NCBI RefSeq assembly: GCF_009834535.1
Contig: NC_045696.1
Location: 85,066,001-85,130,000 of the forward strand
DNA from: Camelus ferus
Lineage: Eukaryota
Direction: 5' to 3'
DNA: 64,000 nucleotides
Shown here: piece by piece, positions 27,946 through 40,869 of the stretch
How the letters are laid out: the number at the start of each line of letters is the position of its first letter
How positions within the stretch are numbered: the stretch's first letter is position 1
Notes under the pieces: generated by a model
The model's input: only the letters and a program-made list of their open reading frames with translations
The model's database searches: none
Told to the model about the DNA's origin: nothing
Position numbers and translations under genes: made by a program

Positions 27946-28038
27946 TTATTACACATTCCTACATAGTGTGTCTTTTATTACACATCCCCACACAGTGTGT
28001 CCCTTACTACACATCCCCACACAGTGTGTCCTTTACTA
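27946..28038. repeat. 29-bp minisatellite, ~3.2 units
   Basis: Consensus TTAYTACACATCCCCACACAGTGTGTCYY, with units starting at 27946, 27975 and 28004. Confidence 0.9.
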
Positions 28039-28229
28039 TTATGTAGCTGTATATAGATGAGTATTTGCTTTCTATCTATTTCTCCAATCTCTCAAATGTG
28101 CTAAGTTTTTGAGTTTGTGCATACCCTCACATACCTTCCTTTCACCCTGACTGATAATGTGGATAGGTGGATGGAGGACCCCGCCATGGTCATGCTCTGG
28201 TGGTACATTTCAGAAGTAACAAGGCCAGC

Positions 28230-28690
28230 TGTTCATCTTTGATCTTTTTTCCTGGAAAAATATTTTATAATATTTTGTATGTTCTTATTTAGAGTTCAAC
28301 AGTTTTACCAGAATGTGTCATCTCTGTGTGTTTTCTCATTAATTTACTGTGAGTAACAGTGACATCTTTCAATCCGCAGTCTCAGATCTTTCCTACTAAA
28401 GGGAAATCTTCTAAAAATTGTTTAATTATTGCCTGTCCCACATCTGTTCCATTTTCTTTTTTCAGATCTATCTTTCAAAGTTTTCTTGTTTGTTTCCTTT
28501 ATGATTACTTCACCATAATGTTCTGCTTTGTGCTTTGAAATTTTCTTGCCCTTGATTTTTCAGATCATTAATCTGAGCATCAGAAGGGATCTACCTATCA
28601 TTTATTTCATCTACACTGTACTTAACCCGTACTTAATTTTTAGTTTAAAAATCATATATTTAAGCTCCAGGGAATATTGTTTTTATCATA
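28230..28690 (-). mobile_element. Ancient L1/HAL1 ORF1-region remnant
   Basis: GAGTTCAACAGTTTTACCAGAATGTGTC...CTTTCAATCCGCAGTCTCAGATCTTTC...GGGAAAT resembles reversed old L1/HAL1 ORF1. Confidence 0.5.
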
Positions 28691-30737
28691 CATGGTTCTT
28701 TGTGTGTGAGTGTGTGTGCTTGCATGTGTGCTGTATGACATCTGTTCATCACTCCCTCAACAGCTGCATTTCATTTGATGGGTATTCTCGTTATAACATA
28801 TCCCTCCCTAGTAGCCAAAGTCCTCAGATAGGCTAGTAATTCTTTTTGTGAGCTTCTTGTGTAGTCTCTGATTCAACGTCTAAACATTTGCCATGGTGCA
28901 CTCCTAGGCTAAGTGGGTCAGATACAAGTGACCATCTAACAATATCCAGTGCTCGCTGGAAGTACACAGCAAATGTCTGTCTGTTGCTGGTCTCCCTCAC
29001 TCTTCCAGCTTCAAAAGTAGAGAAGGTTCAATCCATTAGTTCAATTCTTTCCTGAACTTTAAGTGTCTGGAAAAACTGACACACTTGTGAGGCCCTGATA
29101 CTGAAGTGCCGCTCAGATCCTTGAGGGGGCGCCAAGTTCTCCCTCATGCTCTTCCACCAAACACAGTCCTGCCTGGTTCAGTTCATCTTCGTGTACGTCA
29201 GGCACACGGGAAAGGGAGTAACATTTTTCACATGTGTATTTTGGGGAAATATATTATTATATTCTTCTCACAGATGAGGGACCTGAGATTAAGAATCTTT
29301 AACTCCAAAGTCAGGCACCTGATAACTTCTACGCTCTGCCTCTTTATTCACTGACACACTGCCATATACCTCTTATGTGTGAAAGAACCTAACAAAAATC
29401 TGACATGATAAATACTCCATAAATATTCTTTTTCCCATATACTCCGATAATGCAAAGTCTGCATTCATCTGTCTCTCTGGTTGTAGGTTGGTTTAACTTG
29501 ATTGATGCATGTGAAAATTATTTTCAACAGAAGGAACTAAAGCAATTTACGCTTGTATTGGCTGTCAAAAAACAACTCAGATTCTTGAGGTGATGAGAAA
29601 TGAGTGATTTGCAGATGCTTATATGTGGGAAGTGCCCTTTGTATTATTGCTGCCCCACAAATACTCAAATAAATGTAATTTTTTAAAAGTATTCTCCCTC
29701 GGTGGTCATTGGCACATTTAGCATCCAATAATGAGGCTCACATGAAGAACTTTTGCTCAGATCTCAGAAGCATGGAATTTCGCACTTATTTTTAGCAATA
29801 AGAATGTGTTCTATACTGACACGTGTGGTGATATTCTTATTTGCTTTGAATATACAGGTCAGAACTAAATTTTGACCTTTTCTCGCAAATCCATAGAAAC
29901 TTACCCTTCATCTGTGCGCCCTTTTCTTCTTCTCATACTAATTTTGATATCTATTTGCTTTTGATGTATTATTAAACTCTGTATAATTACATAAGGCTTA
30001 CTTAAATCAATTTAGGAAGGAAGCAGGCAAATCCTAGATAGCTGGTTTGCTAGATAAGAAGCAGGAAAAATATACATGATGAGGTCCAATTGAGAGAGAA
30101 AAAAAAGACTTTCATCTCTCTCTTTTGAACAAGTAACTGAAAGATGATTGTACTTTAAAGAAACCTGTTTTAAGTTTTATTCATTGGGAAGTGTGAGCAT
30201 GAGAGTTTTGGCAGAGAGGTAAGGAGAATGGCCTTCATTTGCTCATTAATGTAATAATTCAGGAATACTTGAGTATTTACCATCTTCCTGCCTTTGCTGA
30301 GGTGTGGGGATGGAAAAACAACTCTCCGACCTCAGGTGAGTGAAGAAAATTCACCCTTGTAGTCAAAAACATGTTTTTCTTTTCTTCCACTTTTTCTCCT
30401 TCTCTCTTAAATTCTCTCTAGTTATTAATATGGAAATTAGAAATTGTTCCCTTTTTTCTCTGAAAATATTAAAATAAGAATTGTCTTGCCCTTATGTAAA
30501 TAATATTCAAATAGAAATATTACTGAAATTTAACAAAAATTCAAATAATTAACATGCAATGCAAGTAGATGTTAGAATCATCCCATTTGTTGAATTTTTA
30601 TAACATGGTAAGGCAAACTTTTCTCTTAAAGATAGTATAAACAGAGATAATCTTGATTGCAAAACCAAATCTGATATTTTTCAACAAATCCCAGTAGTTC
30701 ATCTTCCTGTATTTTTGACCCTTTTTTAACATGCAAT

Positions 30738-31297
30738 TGAAAAAGTAGAAAACTAACAAAATGGCTTCCCTGATGCTAAAGCCGTCTGCTGATTCATTCC
30801 GATTTGAAATTCTTGAAACTTGCTTTTCTCTTTTCCCTGACAAACCCCCATCTCTGCTGCACTTGCTCAACTGCTTTTGTGCTAAACAGCCCCCAGCCTT
30901 TTCATTACATTGTCCACTCCCTGTACATTCCTTACCCAGAGTAGCTTATCCTTTAACCCAGAAGCTGTGCTCCAGGAAGGTGGTCACAGGCTGATAGCCT
31001 CAGAAGCATGAACAGACCCCCGGAGTTTCTCCATGACGCCAGGTGGATTCATCAAGATTAAGAAGAACACAGCACCCTGGAAAACACCCTGATTGTTGTC
31101 ACCTTTCTGTTCCATCTGGTTTTTCTATGGAGCTGCAGGACACCAACCCCAAGATGGATTCAGTCTCTGAGGCACGAGCCTGCTGTGGCTCTCCTTTGCC
31201 TGGCAAAGCAATAAAGCTGCTCTTTCTAATTCTCCCAAAACTACCTCCGAGTCTCAGTTTGGGCCACTGGGGTACAGAGGCCGGTTTTGGGGTAACA
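30738..31297 (+). mobile_element. ERV1-class solo LTR (560 bp)
   Basis: Termini TGAAAAAG...GGTAACA with a 4-bp TSD CAAT (30734-30737, 31298-31301). AATAAA at 31210-31215 lies in CCTTTGCCTGGCAAAGCAATAAAGCT, a common ERV1 LTR R-region motif. Confidence 0.9.
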
Positions 31298-33242
31298 CAA
31301 TCATTGAACTGGGAGAAAAAATAACTGTTGCTTTATAAACATGCAAACACACTCTAATCGTCAGAATTTTTTAAAAAAAAATCAATTCACATTCATAAAT
31401 CCTAAGTGCAAACTTCTGAGATTTAGAAAATTCAAAATGATCCTTCTAAATGTAAACTGTGATTCAATTATTTTCAATTAGCCCTTAAATAATATGTCTT
31501 ACTAATATGTGAACAATTAAGTGTGTACTATTTATGGACTTCAGTATTTGTTCTATCATCATATGAAAATAGGACACTTAGAAACAATACTTTGTAAAAA
31601 AGATTGTCTTCTTACAGTACATGCAGGTGCACATATACACTCAGTAGGAAAGAAAAATATTAACAAATTGATATAACTAAAATAATTTCGAAGATGAAGG
31701 ATCTTATTCATTCCCTTACTTTTACAGATGGGGTAGATAACATCGCTCCTCCCCCCTTGAGCTTTCCTGCCGAAGTTTACAGTTATTACTCAAACATTCT
31801 GTGAAGGTCAGAGCAACGGGCTCTGCAACAGATTCTCTTCCACAGGCTACATTTTTACCGACAACAATGGTGCTTTAGCCGCATGTAGAAATGTGAGGCA
31901 AAACTATATGATGATTAGAGAAATACTAATTTTCATTAATTTAATACTAAAAAAATACTGTATTACTAAGTCAGACCGCTTTGGGATAAAAATAGAATAA
32001 CTGCTGCAAATTTTGCAAATGAAGTTTAGCCTGATGAGTGAGAAAAATCAGTATAAAACTGTCCCTAAGTCTGTAATTTTTTTTTTTAAGTGTTTGCTAT
32101 AAAATGTCATTTCCGTGGCTAAGAGATCATATTTTTACAGGCATTATTCTTTTTAATTAAAAATACCCATATTGATTTTTGTTTAAATGGCTAGTCATAA
32201 ACACATATCATAAATTAGTTAACAAATTATGATCAAAACGAATTAAGCCTGGAATGATAATTAAATATCTTCATTAAAATATCGAAGAGAGTATCTAAAT
32301 AAGGTGACTAAAATATAATGTATCATGATACAGAAATTTAGATATCACCCCGCTAAGGAACAGATTATGAATGTGTTTGTAGTGGTGGATTTTTTTAAAC
32401 CTTCTCAGTCAATGATTTTGTGAGAATAAATCCTCAGTAGCATGAGACTTGGAGATTAATACAAATTAAATAAATTTAATGTGGTTAAGTTATCTTCAAT
32501 TAATGAACATTTATCGAATATGCAGAATCCTGCATTAGGAACTGTAGCGTCATTAATAAAAGAATGTGAACTTCAAGTAGCTCACGTTTTAGGAAAAGAG
32601 TCACATGTATACACATAAGCATACACAGAGCACCTTGAATATAGGAGAACATTGATCAATATTTGCTCATTAAGTGTAATTTGATCAAACACTGACTAAA
32701 TAATGCTGTGTGGCTTTTCCAGCAAGCCTGGAGTCAGTCATGGTTCTGCTAGTTACTGTCTGCTGTACTAATTGTAGTTAGATCAATCAACAATCTCTTG
32801 AACCTGGGTTTTCTCTTAGCAATATTAGAATAATAATGTCCAGGTCATAAGTTTTATCATCCTCAAATGATAAAAGATATGAGATGATATGTTTTTACAG
32901 GTCAATAGTTTTACACTCAAACTGTAGTAGTGATACTTAGCATTTTTGTGTAGACTTATGTAAAATATTTGTAAAGACTGTTTCTGGGTGCGTGACAAAG
33001 ACGTTATCCTACCTCTGAAGTCCATCTCTTAGGAGAAATGATTTTGCATCCAGAAGGTCTTGAAGTATGCTGAATTTATCACAGGGAGGAATATTCAGGT
33101 TGGAAAAGTGGCATACACCTAGGTATCATCATAATAAATTATGTTTCTGGGATTGTGGTAATGTTATACAAGAAATTTGTTCAAATTATAATTTTGTTGT
33201 CTCAGTTGTATGTTTGGGAAATTTCCTTTTCATTATTCCCAT

Positions 33243-33652
33243 TGTTACGGAAACGACAGGCCAGCCAAGAAATAAGCCCCACTCGGAGAGTTGGAGTACT
33301 CAGATGTATTATGTCGGGGGGCTCAGAGGGGCTTCTGCTCCGAAGCTCTGAGCACCTCCAAAATGTGCATGAGGTTTTATAGGGTAAAGTACAAGCTTGG
33401 GGTATTCAGCCAATAGGCATGGAACAGCTTTAGCAGCATCATTAACACAAAAGTGGAGGCAGGGAGGCAGCAAACCAACATTCCAAAGCCAGATATATAT
33501 CTTTGAAAATCCAGCTGGCTAGCAAAAAACATGAACGGCAAACCAACACTAATTAACTTAGATTTACAAGTTAGTCCAGCAGAACTCAGATCAGTATTCC
33601 AATACTTAGATTGGGAGTTATCTTGTTAGCCCAGCCCGGTTTTTCCTTCACA
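33243..33652 (-). mobile_element. ERV1-class solo LTR (410 bp), probably lineage-specific and young
   Basis: TG...CA termini with a 4-bp TSD CCAT (33239-33242, 33653-33656). The minus strand has TATAAAA (~33375-33381), and a CCAAT element lies at ~33410. Several CpGs are retained. Confidence 0.88.
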
Positions 33653-34579
33653 CCATATTCATATTATCCTCAATGAATCCGCATAAGTAATGGGGCTCAA
33701 CACTTTTAAGTCATGATAGCTCAAATACTGATCTAGAAGAAGGCATTTTCTTATATCTGAAATCCCAATGTTTCTCCAAAAGTCTGTCCAGAAATTGAGA
33801 CTAACTGGTCAACTCACTGCAAAAGGAAATCTGTATTCAATCTTCAATGCAATGTCCTAGAATTGTGTTAAAAATGAAGTTCTTTTTCATCCTGAAAATG
33901 TTTTGAGTCAATCTTTTGGATTATGATTCTGGTGTGATTACATCATCTACTTTAAGTGAAGTTTTATTTAATTTTGGACTATCTTGATGATCAGTCTGTG
34001 AGTTTCCTGGGTCCAGGGGAAAGATCTTATGGGTCTTTATGTCCAGAGGACCTATAATAGATATAAAAATAATTGAATAAACTAACTAAAATATAATAAA
34101 TATTATTTTATTGTTTTTCCCTACTCTAATATTTCCATTCAAATTTTTGACTCAAGCCTGTCTCTTAAAGGCAGATGATCAGAAATCGCTGTCAAATTCT
34201 TTGTCCATTCCATACACGAGCTTAGAGCAAGAGCCTTAAGGATTACTAATTTCCACCCTCACCCCCACATTCAGCTCAGGGTTTTGTATCTTGGAACCAA
34301 TCAGTAAATTAGCAAATAAATATGCCCACCTTTTTTTTCCCCTTTGTCATTATTTTTCTGCAGTGAAATACTCTGAATGTTTCTCTCACTTATGTTTCCT
34401 ACTTAAGCCATTCTAATGCTTATTGACTGGTCACATTTTGTCAATTCACAGGACAGATATTTCTTACCCGAAGTCCTTTTGAAGATTTCCAAATCTGTTT
34501 TCATTATTAAGTAGCTTAGAGGTAATAATTTCCTCCATTGAATTACAGAAAGTAACGAGTAACTCTGATGCAAGACACT

Positions 34580-34765
34580 TTTTCTCCTCCCTCTCTTTTC
34601 CTTCCTCCCACCCTTACTACCTCCCTGCTCTCTGCTTCCTTTCTCATTTATTATTTACTTCCTTCCTTTCCTAATTTTCTTTCTTCCTTCCTTCTCTTTC
34701 TCTTTTTTCTCCTCCTCATTTATCTCACTTTACTCCTTCTTCTTTGTCTCTTTCTTCTATTTTAT
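34580..34765. repeat. CT-rich low-complexity pyrimidine tract
   Basis: About 185 nt dominated by C/T. Confidence 0.85.
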
Positions 34766-35509
34766 GATTACCTACTTTCCCTGGGAATCTTTATAAAAAT
34801 ATAATTTAAAATAGTGAAAAACTTTTTTGATAGGGAAAAACAAGAAGATGGGGAAATAAGATTGTTGTATAGTCTGGAGAACAGTACTGACTAAAAAAGA
34901 AAAATACCAAACTATTCAAACATTGGAAGCTTCTTGCTGCAAAGAATAGTTCCCTAAAGTTTATGATTACATCGTTTTGTGAAGGCCCCATACTGCTACC
35001 AAGTATCACGTAAGAAGACAATTCTAGTAAATGAACATGTGAAATGGGCCATGCCAAACTGGTAAAATTGTATTAACTATATTTGAACGCCAACTACATA
35101 AAATTTAACAACCACAACAAGACATTTACTTTACAACTAGTTTTAAATCATGAGCATTAGCATTTCAATATGGGAGTGTTAATTTACTAATCAATAAAAT
35201 AGGAAAACTTTGTTTCCAGAGATAATGTTTACACGAGTCTCAACAAGTACAAAACAAAACTGAACTTACCTTCGTGAACAAGCTTACTGCTTTTAATGTA
35301 TTGTTTTAATTTTCTTCCCAAGAACCTAAGGTACAAGTTTGTTTCGTTTTGCTTTACTTGTTTAATTAGATACAAAATATAAAAAAGAGTCATTACAGTT
35401 TCCTTCCATCATAAATTTCACCCAGAGAAAGGCATTACCTAAAGTAGAAAAAAGATTATCATTTTTTTCACGAATAGTAAGTATGGTGTGCCTATGAGAC
35501 TTATAGTGT

Positions 35510-37590
35510 CAGTAGTTAAGATGTTTTCTTAATTCATTTTGGCTTATCACAAATTTTAATGTGATATAAATAAAATATAGACAGAGGGTTTCCAGAATAA
35601 TGAAAGCAAGCATCAATGTATTGATTACTTGTTTCAAGTAATAAATTATCGCCATCCCAGCAGACACCCCACAAATGCCCTTTTGTGAATGTGAATCCCT
35701 ACACTTCCCAGAGGAAATAGGTGCTCTGATTTCTATTGTCATCATATCATGCTTTTAATTCCAAATTTATGCATTTATAAATTTGTATACATACTGTTTC
35801 TTTTCAAGCTTTATATAAATTTACTCATATTGCATGTTGTTTTTTCACTAGAGATTGTTTGAGTTTCACACATGTTACCTATAGCTGTCTTTAATTGCTG
35901 TATTTTATTTCTTTTTATAATCTACAACAGTTTGTTTATAAATGTTACTGTTCGCCTACAATTTGTGTCAGATTTGAGCAATAATAAACAATGTGTCTGT
36001 GAACAGTCTTGTACATGATCCTGGTACACGAGTACAAGAAATTTTCTAAAGTGTGTACCTAAGAGTGCAATTACTGACCTGCAGGGTCCATGCACCTTGC
36101 ACTTTACTGCACAATGTCAAATCATTTCCCAAAGTTCTGGGACCAATGTCACTCCCTTAGCCAGTGTATGAAGGTACTTGTTGGCTGCTCCACTCTTATG
36201 CTTAGGATTTTCATAATCGAATCTTTTTGCCAACATATAGGGGTATAATAATACCTAACTGTGATTTTAGTACACTTGTCTCTTAGAGCTAACACACCTT
36301 CATTTCTATTGGATATTTGTATTTTTCTTTGTGATATGCTATTCCTACCAAATTGTTTGATGTTCTGGTGTTTGTGTTTTTTCAATGTATTTTTATTAAT
36401 TTTAGGAAATTCCTTTTTTGTATTATAGTTCTTGCAAATATATTCTCCCATTTTGTGGCTTGTCTTTTCACTCTCATTTTAGGGTCATTTAATGAACAGA
36501 ACTCTTTTTTAAAATGTAGTTAAACTTACAAATATATTTTAATGTTTATACTTTTAGTGTTTCATTTAATGTATTTTTTCCTATTTCAAGATTTTAGAAT
36601 ATATTTTTGTCCTAAAATTTAGTATTTTTCCTTTTATATTCTTTAATTTATCTGCATTTTTTGTATGATGGGGAATAGTAGTTCAATTTCCTGCTTTTCT
36701 ATATAGCTACTCCATTTTCCCAACACTGTATTAAAACAAAGATTTCATACATTAATCTGAGAAATAACATCCTTGTATATCAAATTAACATATGTGCGGG
36801 CCTTCTGAAGTTTTTATTCTGTCAATTTATTTATATGTTGATTCTTGCAAAGCAAGCCCCACCTTTTCCCTTTTCATCCAGAAAGATTTGGCTATTTACA
36901 CACATATACACACGTATCTGATGAGACTTTGATTTAAATTGAGCTGAAAGATAAATGAGAAATAATGGGCATCTGTGTTATATTTAATTCGTGCAATCCA
37001 TGAATATGATGAATATGGGGTGGCCCTCCACATATTAGCCTTCTTTAATGTCTCTCAATAAAGTTATGCAGTTTCTCCATAGAAATCCTTATATGATTTG
37101 TCAGACTTATTACTAGCAACTTCATAGTTTTCTACTTTTCCTGGTCATTTCAATAATCTAGAACTAAAAATGATTTTTATTAGGTTTAAAATAGTAATTG
37201 ACTTTCCAAATCCCTTATTGATTGTGATAACTTGTGTATAAATTCCTTTGAAAGATATATTTGTAATAATCGTATTAGCCAATAATAAGGGCTTTGTTTT
37301 ATACTTTTAACCCTGACGCCATTTACTACTTTTCTCTTTTTTACACTGTGCGTCTAGAATTTAATCCTGACACTGTTTATTACTTTACTGTTTTTTATAC
37401 AGTTCATCTGGAATTGCAGTATGATGCACAGAACTTGGGTTAACAGGCATTAATGGCCTTGTTCTGTTACCAAAAGCTAAGCTTTCAAAGATCCCCTAAT
37501 AAGCATGCCTGCTTTGCTTTTTTTGAAGGTACTTTTATTAGATAAAGAAGTTTCTCCATATCAGTATTTAGCTTAGAGACATTTTTTTTA
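35510..37590 (-). mobile_element. Ancient L1 (L1ME-type) 3' UTR and ORF2, diverged
   Basis: T-rich reversed ORF2 motifs, e.g. TTGCAAATATATTCTCCCATTTTGTGGCTTGTCTTTTCACTCTC and CAATCCATGAATATG. Confidence 0.8.
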
Positions 37591-37624
37591 ATCAAAAAAA
37601 GATAAGACTGGCAGTTTGTACCTT

Positions 37625-37905
37625 TTATACAAACTTCCAGTTATAAAATAAATAAGCCTGGGGGATGTAATCTACAGTGTGGTGACTCTAGTTAATAATA
37701 CTGCATTGCATATTTGAAAGTTGTTGAGAGTACAATTTGATAGTACTCAGCACAGGAAAACAATATTTGTAACTTTGTACGGTGATGGATGTTAACTAGA
37801 CTTATTGTGGTGACCATTCCACTGCGTGCACAATTATCGAATCATTATGTTGTATACTTGAAGTTAATATAATGTTATATGTCAATTAGACTTCAATAAA
37901 TAACA
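37625..37905 (+). mobile_element. L1MA9-like 3' UTR inserted into the older L1
   Basis: TACAAACTTCCAGTTATAAAATAAATAAG...GGTGATGGATGTTAACTAGACTTATTGTGGTGA...GTCAATTAGACTTCAATAAA, followed by an A-rich tail. Confidence 0.85.
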
Positions 37906-38084
37906 AATGAACAAACAAACAAGAAAGCCCCAAGAAAAATACCCAGTATTTTAATTGCCAAGTAAGTATGAATTAATAGGTGTGTAAGTGACCTTACTAT
38001 TGTCTTACGAGAACGAGCAGACAGTGGAGCCTGCCCAGTTGTCCTATTGATTTTCCAGTATCTTCCTCCATCTAGAGAAAAAGG

Positions 38085-38960
38085 ATGACTTTTATTACAC
38101 ATATTTTTTGCATCTATGAAATTAAATATACATTTCTTCCTCCTTTGATCTATCAATGCAGTGGTTTGCATCAATTGATTTTTTTTAATATGACCTAATC
38201 TTGACTCCCGGAGATTACTATTACTTAATGATATGTAATCGCCTTTATATATTCTTGGGATTGATTTGATGTTTATTTCAAAGTTTTGTACCTTTGCTCA
38301 TGAGCAAGAAGGGCTATTATTTTCCTTTCTCAGGCTGTCCAAGATGTTAGTATCAAAATTTTTCCAGCCCCATCAAATGTGCTGAGACGTGTTCTCTCAT
38401 TAGAATTTTATTTAAGAATTTGTGTCAAATTTTTTCTTGAATGTCTGGTTTAATTAATTTGTGAAGCCATATGTTACTGTAATTTTATATGTGAGGGGAA
38501 ATTTTATTGCTGTGATATAATTTGGTAAGTTTGACAAGACATTTTTCTAGTATATATATATATATTTATATATTTATATATATATATTTATATATTTATA
38601 TTATAAAATATAATACATACCTAATCTTCAATTTGGTTACTCTGTGTTTTTTCTTTTTTTGCTAACATTCTCTAGAGGGGCTTATCAAGGTTATTAGCAT
38701 TTTCTGAGCTCTTTGTGTCTTGTTGATCTCCTTTATTATTTGACCTTTTCTTACTGCACTAATTTCTATTCATATTTTGTTCCTTCCTTCCTACTCCTCT
38801 TTTCAAGTTTATTACGCTGCATTTTAAAATACATCTTCATTGGCTAGATGTTAAACTCATTCATTTTTACCATCTTTTTAACATTTGCCTTTGAGGGTAC
38901 ATATTTCTGTCTGATAATTTTTAGGTATAAACCACAATTTAAGATATGTACCACTAACCA
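38085..38960 (-). mobile_element. Continuation of the ancient L1 ORF2 (reverse), containing a TA-rich repeat at ~38551-38610
   Basis: TTTTTTGCATCTATGAAAT...TTCTTGAATGTCTGGTTTAATT...GTGAAGCCAT. Confidence 0.7.
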
Positions 38961-39812
38961 TAAGATTCATAAGAAAACTTGTCTAATATCCAATATAATT
39001 TCTTCTTTGCCCATGTGTATTTTTGCCTGGATTACCAGAAAAATAGTGAGCCCCTGGTTAGGCTTCATAAAACTGGCTATGGTCTAGAGTTTATGAAAAT
39101 CAGTTTAGATCAATTACAAGAGTGTCGCCAGAGCCTTCTCTCATTCCAGGGTAGAAATTACAAGCCTCCATGAAAAACAAACAAGCCCATCTCGTTTAGT
39201 GTGCAGTTGCAACTGGGAAACCTGGACTCAGCCCCCTGATTATCTCAGGAGAGGGGCTGATGCTCCCCCACAGTAAACGTGAGCTGGTCAGACAAGACTG
39301 CAGCTAAGTTTACAATATGTTTTCTTGCTATTGTATCTCAGGCCCTGATTCCACCCAGGGAGGTGCTTGTGATTCTCTAATTCTAAACTTTAAAAACTCA
39401 GTGATCAGGTTTCATCTCCTGGAGTGTAACAGGTAGTCCTACAAGGTTGCTCTACTCTGCTCCTAATTGGGCAACAGAGAGTCCATGTACTTGCCACCTA
39501 TGCTGTTCTTGTGACTTTTCCCCTAATAAGAACAGCTCCAGCAGGTCTGGCGTACGATCTGCGTGGGCACTGCACTCACCTTTGGTTCCTAGATACTTTT
39601 TTTGTCTTTAATACTGATGTCTAGTAACATAGCTAGCAATTTTTTCATATTCATCATTTGTTGACTTTCAACCTTTCTTCATCCTTATATTTTAAATATC
39701 ATTTTTGTGAATAGCATATCAACATATGTTGTCTTTTAATTGAAAGAATTAACCAATAAACGTTTAATTAATATAAAAAGCACTGTGCTTCAAAACACGT
39801 GCTCAACCTTCA

Positions 39813-40110
39813 GTGTCAGAGATTGCTAATTATTTTTCAGTATCAGTTCCCCCCTTCTTTATTAATAGCAGTCTACATATCATCTTGGCATGTCACTCCA
39901 CAGACACAGAATACATTCTCATTTGCCTTTACCTCTAGGTGTGTCATGTGATTATGTTTTGACCAATAGATTGTGATGACAAATTGTTACACACAGCTTT
40001 TGGTGTGTTGCTTCAAAGAATGACATTTCTACATTCTCCCATTATTTAAGAAGTTCCCTCCATATTCTTGTTTGGACATTGGGAGCCAACTAAATGGTAA
40101 AAATGAGATT
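39813..40110 (+). mobile_element. MLT1 (MaLR) LTR fragment, MLT1I/J-like
   Basis: GTGTCAGAGATTGCTAATT...TTCCCCCTTCTTTATTAATAG...CTAGGTGTGTCATGTGATTATGTTTTGACCAATAGA. Confidence 0.7.
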
Positions 40111-40329
40111 AAGATGATTACCTTTCCGTCCATCAAAGCCTACCTTATCAAATGGCCTTACTCAGCCAAAAGGAAGAATAATGTGAAGAGCACAGAGCAC
40201 AGTAACCGAAGGAAGGCGGTGTTTTCTAAAAAAATAAAAGTAAGCAACCCGTCAAAATGTGGCCCCTAACTGTGCTCACTGTGGCATTTCAGCACAGTTT
40301 TACTTTGCATTTAACTGGTGACTGTGGAA

Positions 40330-40720
40330 GTGGAGCCCTTTGAAGATGTTTATAGACCATTTGGATTTTCTTTTTTATGGCGAACCTGTTCAAATCTTTT
40401 GTCAGCTTTTAAAAAACAGATTTTTCTGTATATTCCTTAGCAGTTTTGTTAGTATTCTGGATGCAAGGACTTTGCTAAGCTATGTATTTTAAATATTATG
40501 TCCGTGACTTGTCTTTTTATTCATTTGATGTTTCTTTTTGATGACAGCCCAAATTATCAAGTATCTCCTTTATGACTATTGCTTTAGCATCATATTTTTT
40601 AAAATATTGGAATACCTCGAGTACATTGTTTATATTTTATTTGAAAACATTATTGTTTTACTTTTTGTATTTATACCTCTAATCCATCAGGGATTGATTT
40701 TGTGTATGTTCTGAAGTAGA
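40330..40720 (-). mobile_element. Ancient L1 ORF2 fragment
   Basis: TGTTTATAGACCATTTGGATTTTCTTTTTT...CCTGTTCAAATCTTTTG. Confidence 0.7.
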
Positions 40721-40855
40721 GAACCAGACTCCTCGGTTTGTATTCTGGATCCAATATACTTACCATGTTTTAAACAGGGTGAGTTACTCAACATTTTTGT
40801 CCCTAAGTTTTTTCATCTGTAAAGTTGAGATAAGAATAGTGTCTAACACTTATTA
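40720..40855 (+). mobile_element. MIR SINE fragment
   Basis: GAGTTACTCAAC...CCCTAAGTTTTTTCATCTGTAAAGTTGAGATAAGAATAG. Confidence 0.75.
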
Positions 40856-40869
40856 TGCCAGCTGCTGGG

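Noticed and set aside
27946..28038. Possible CRISPR-like array or iron-responsive element (CAGTGT)
   Set aside because: The units are contiguous with no spacers in a mammalian context, and the bases flanking CAGTGT do not form the 5-bp IRE stem.
34568..34804. Hydrophobic transmembrane-like ORF
   Set aside because: Translation of a CT-rich low-complexity tract.
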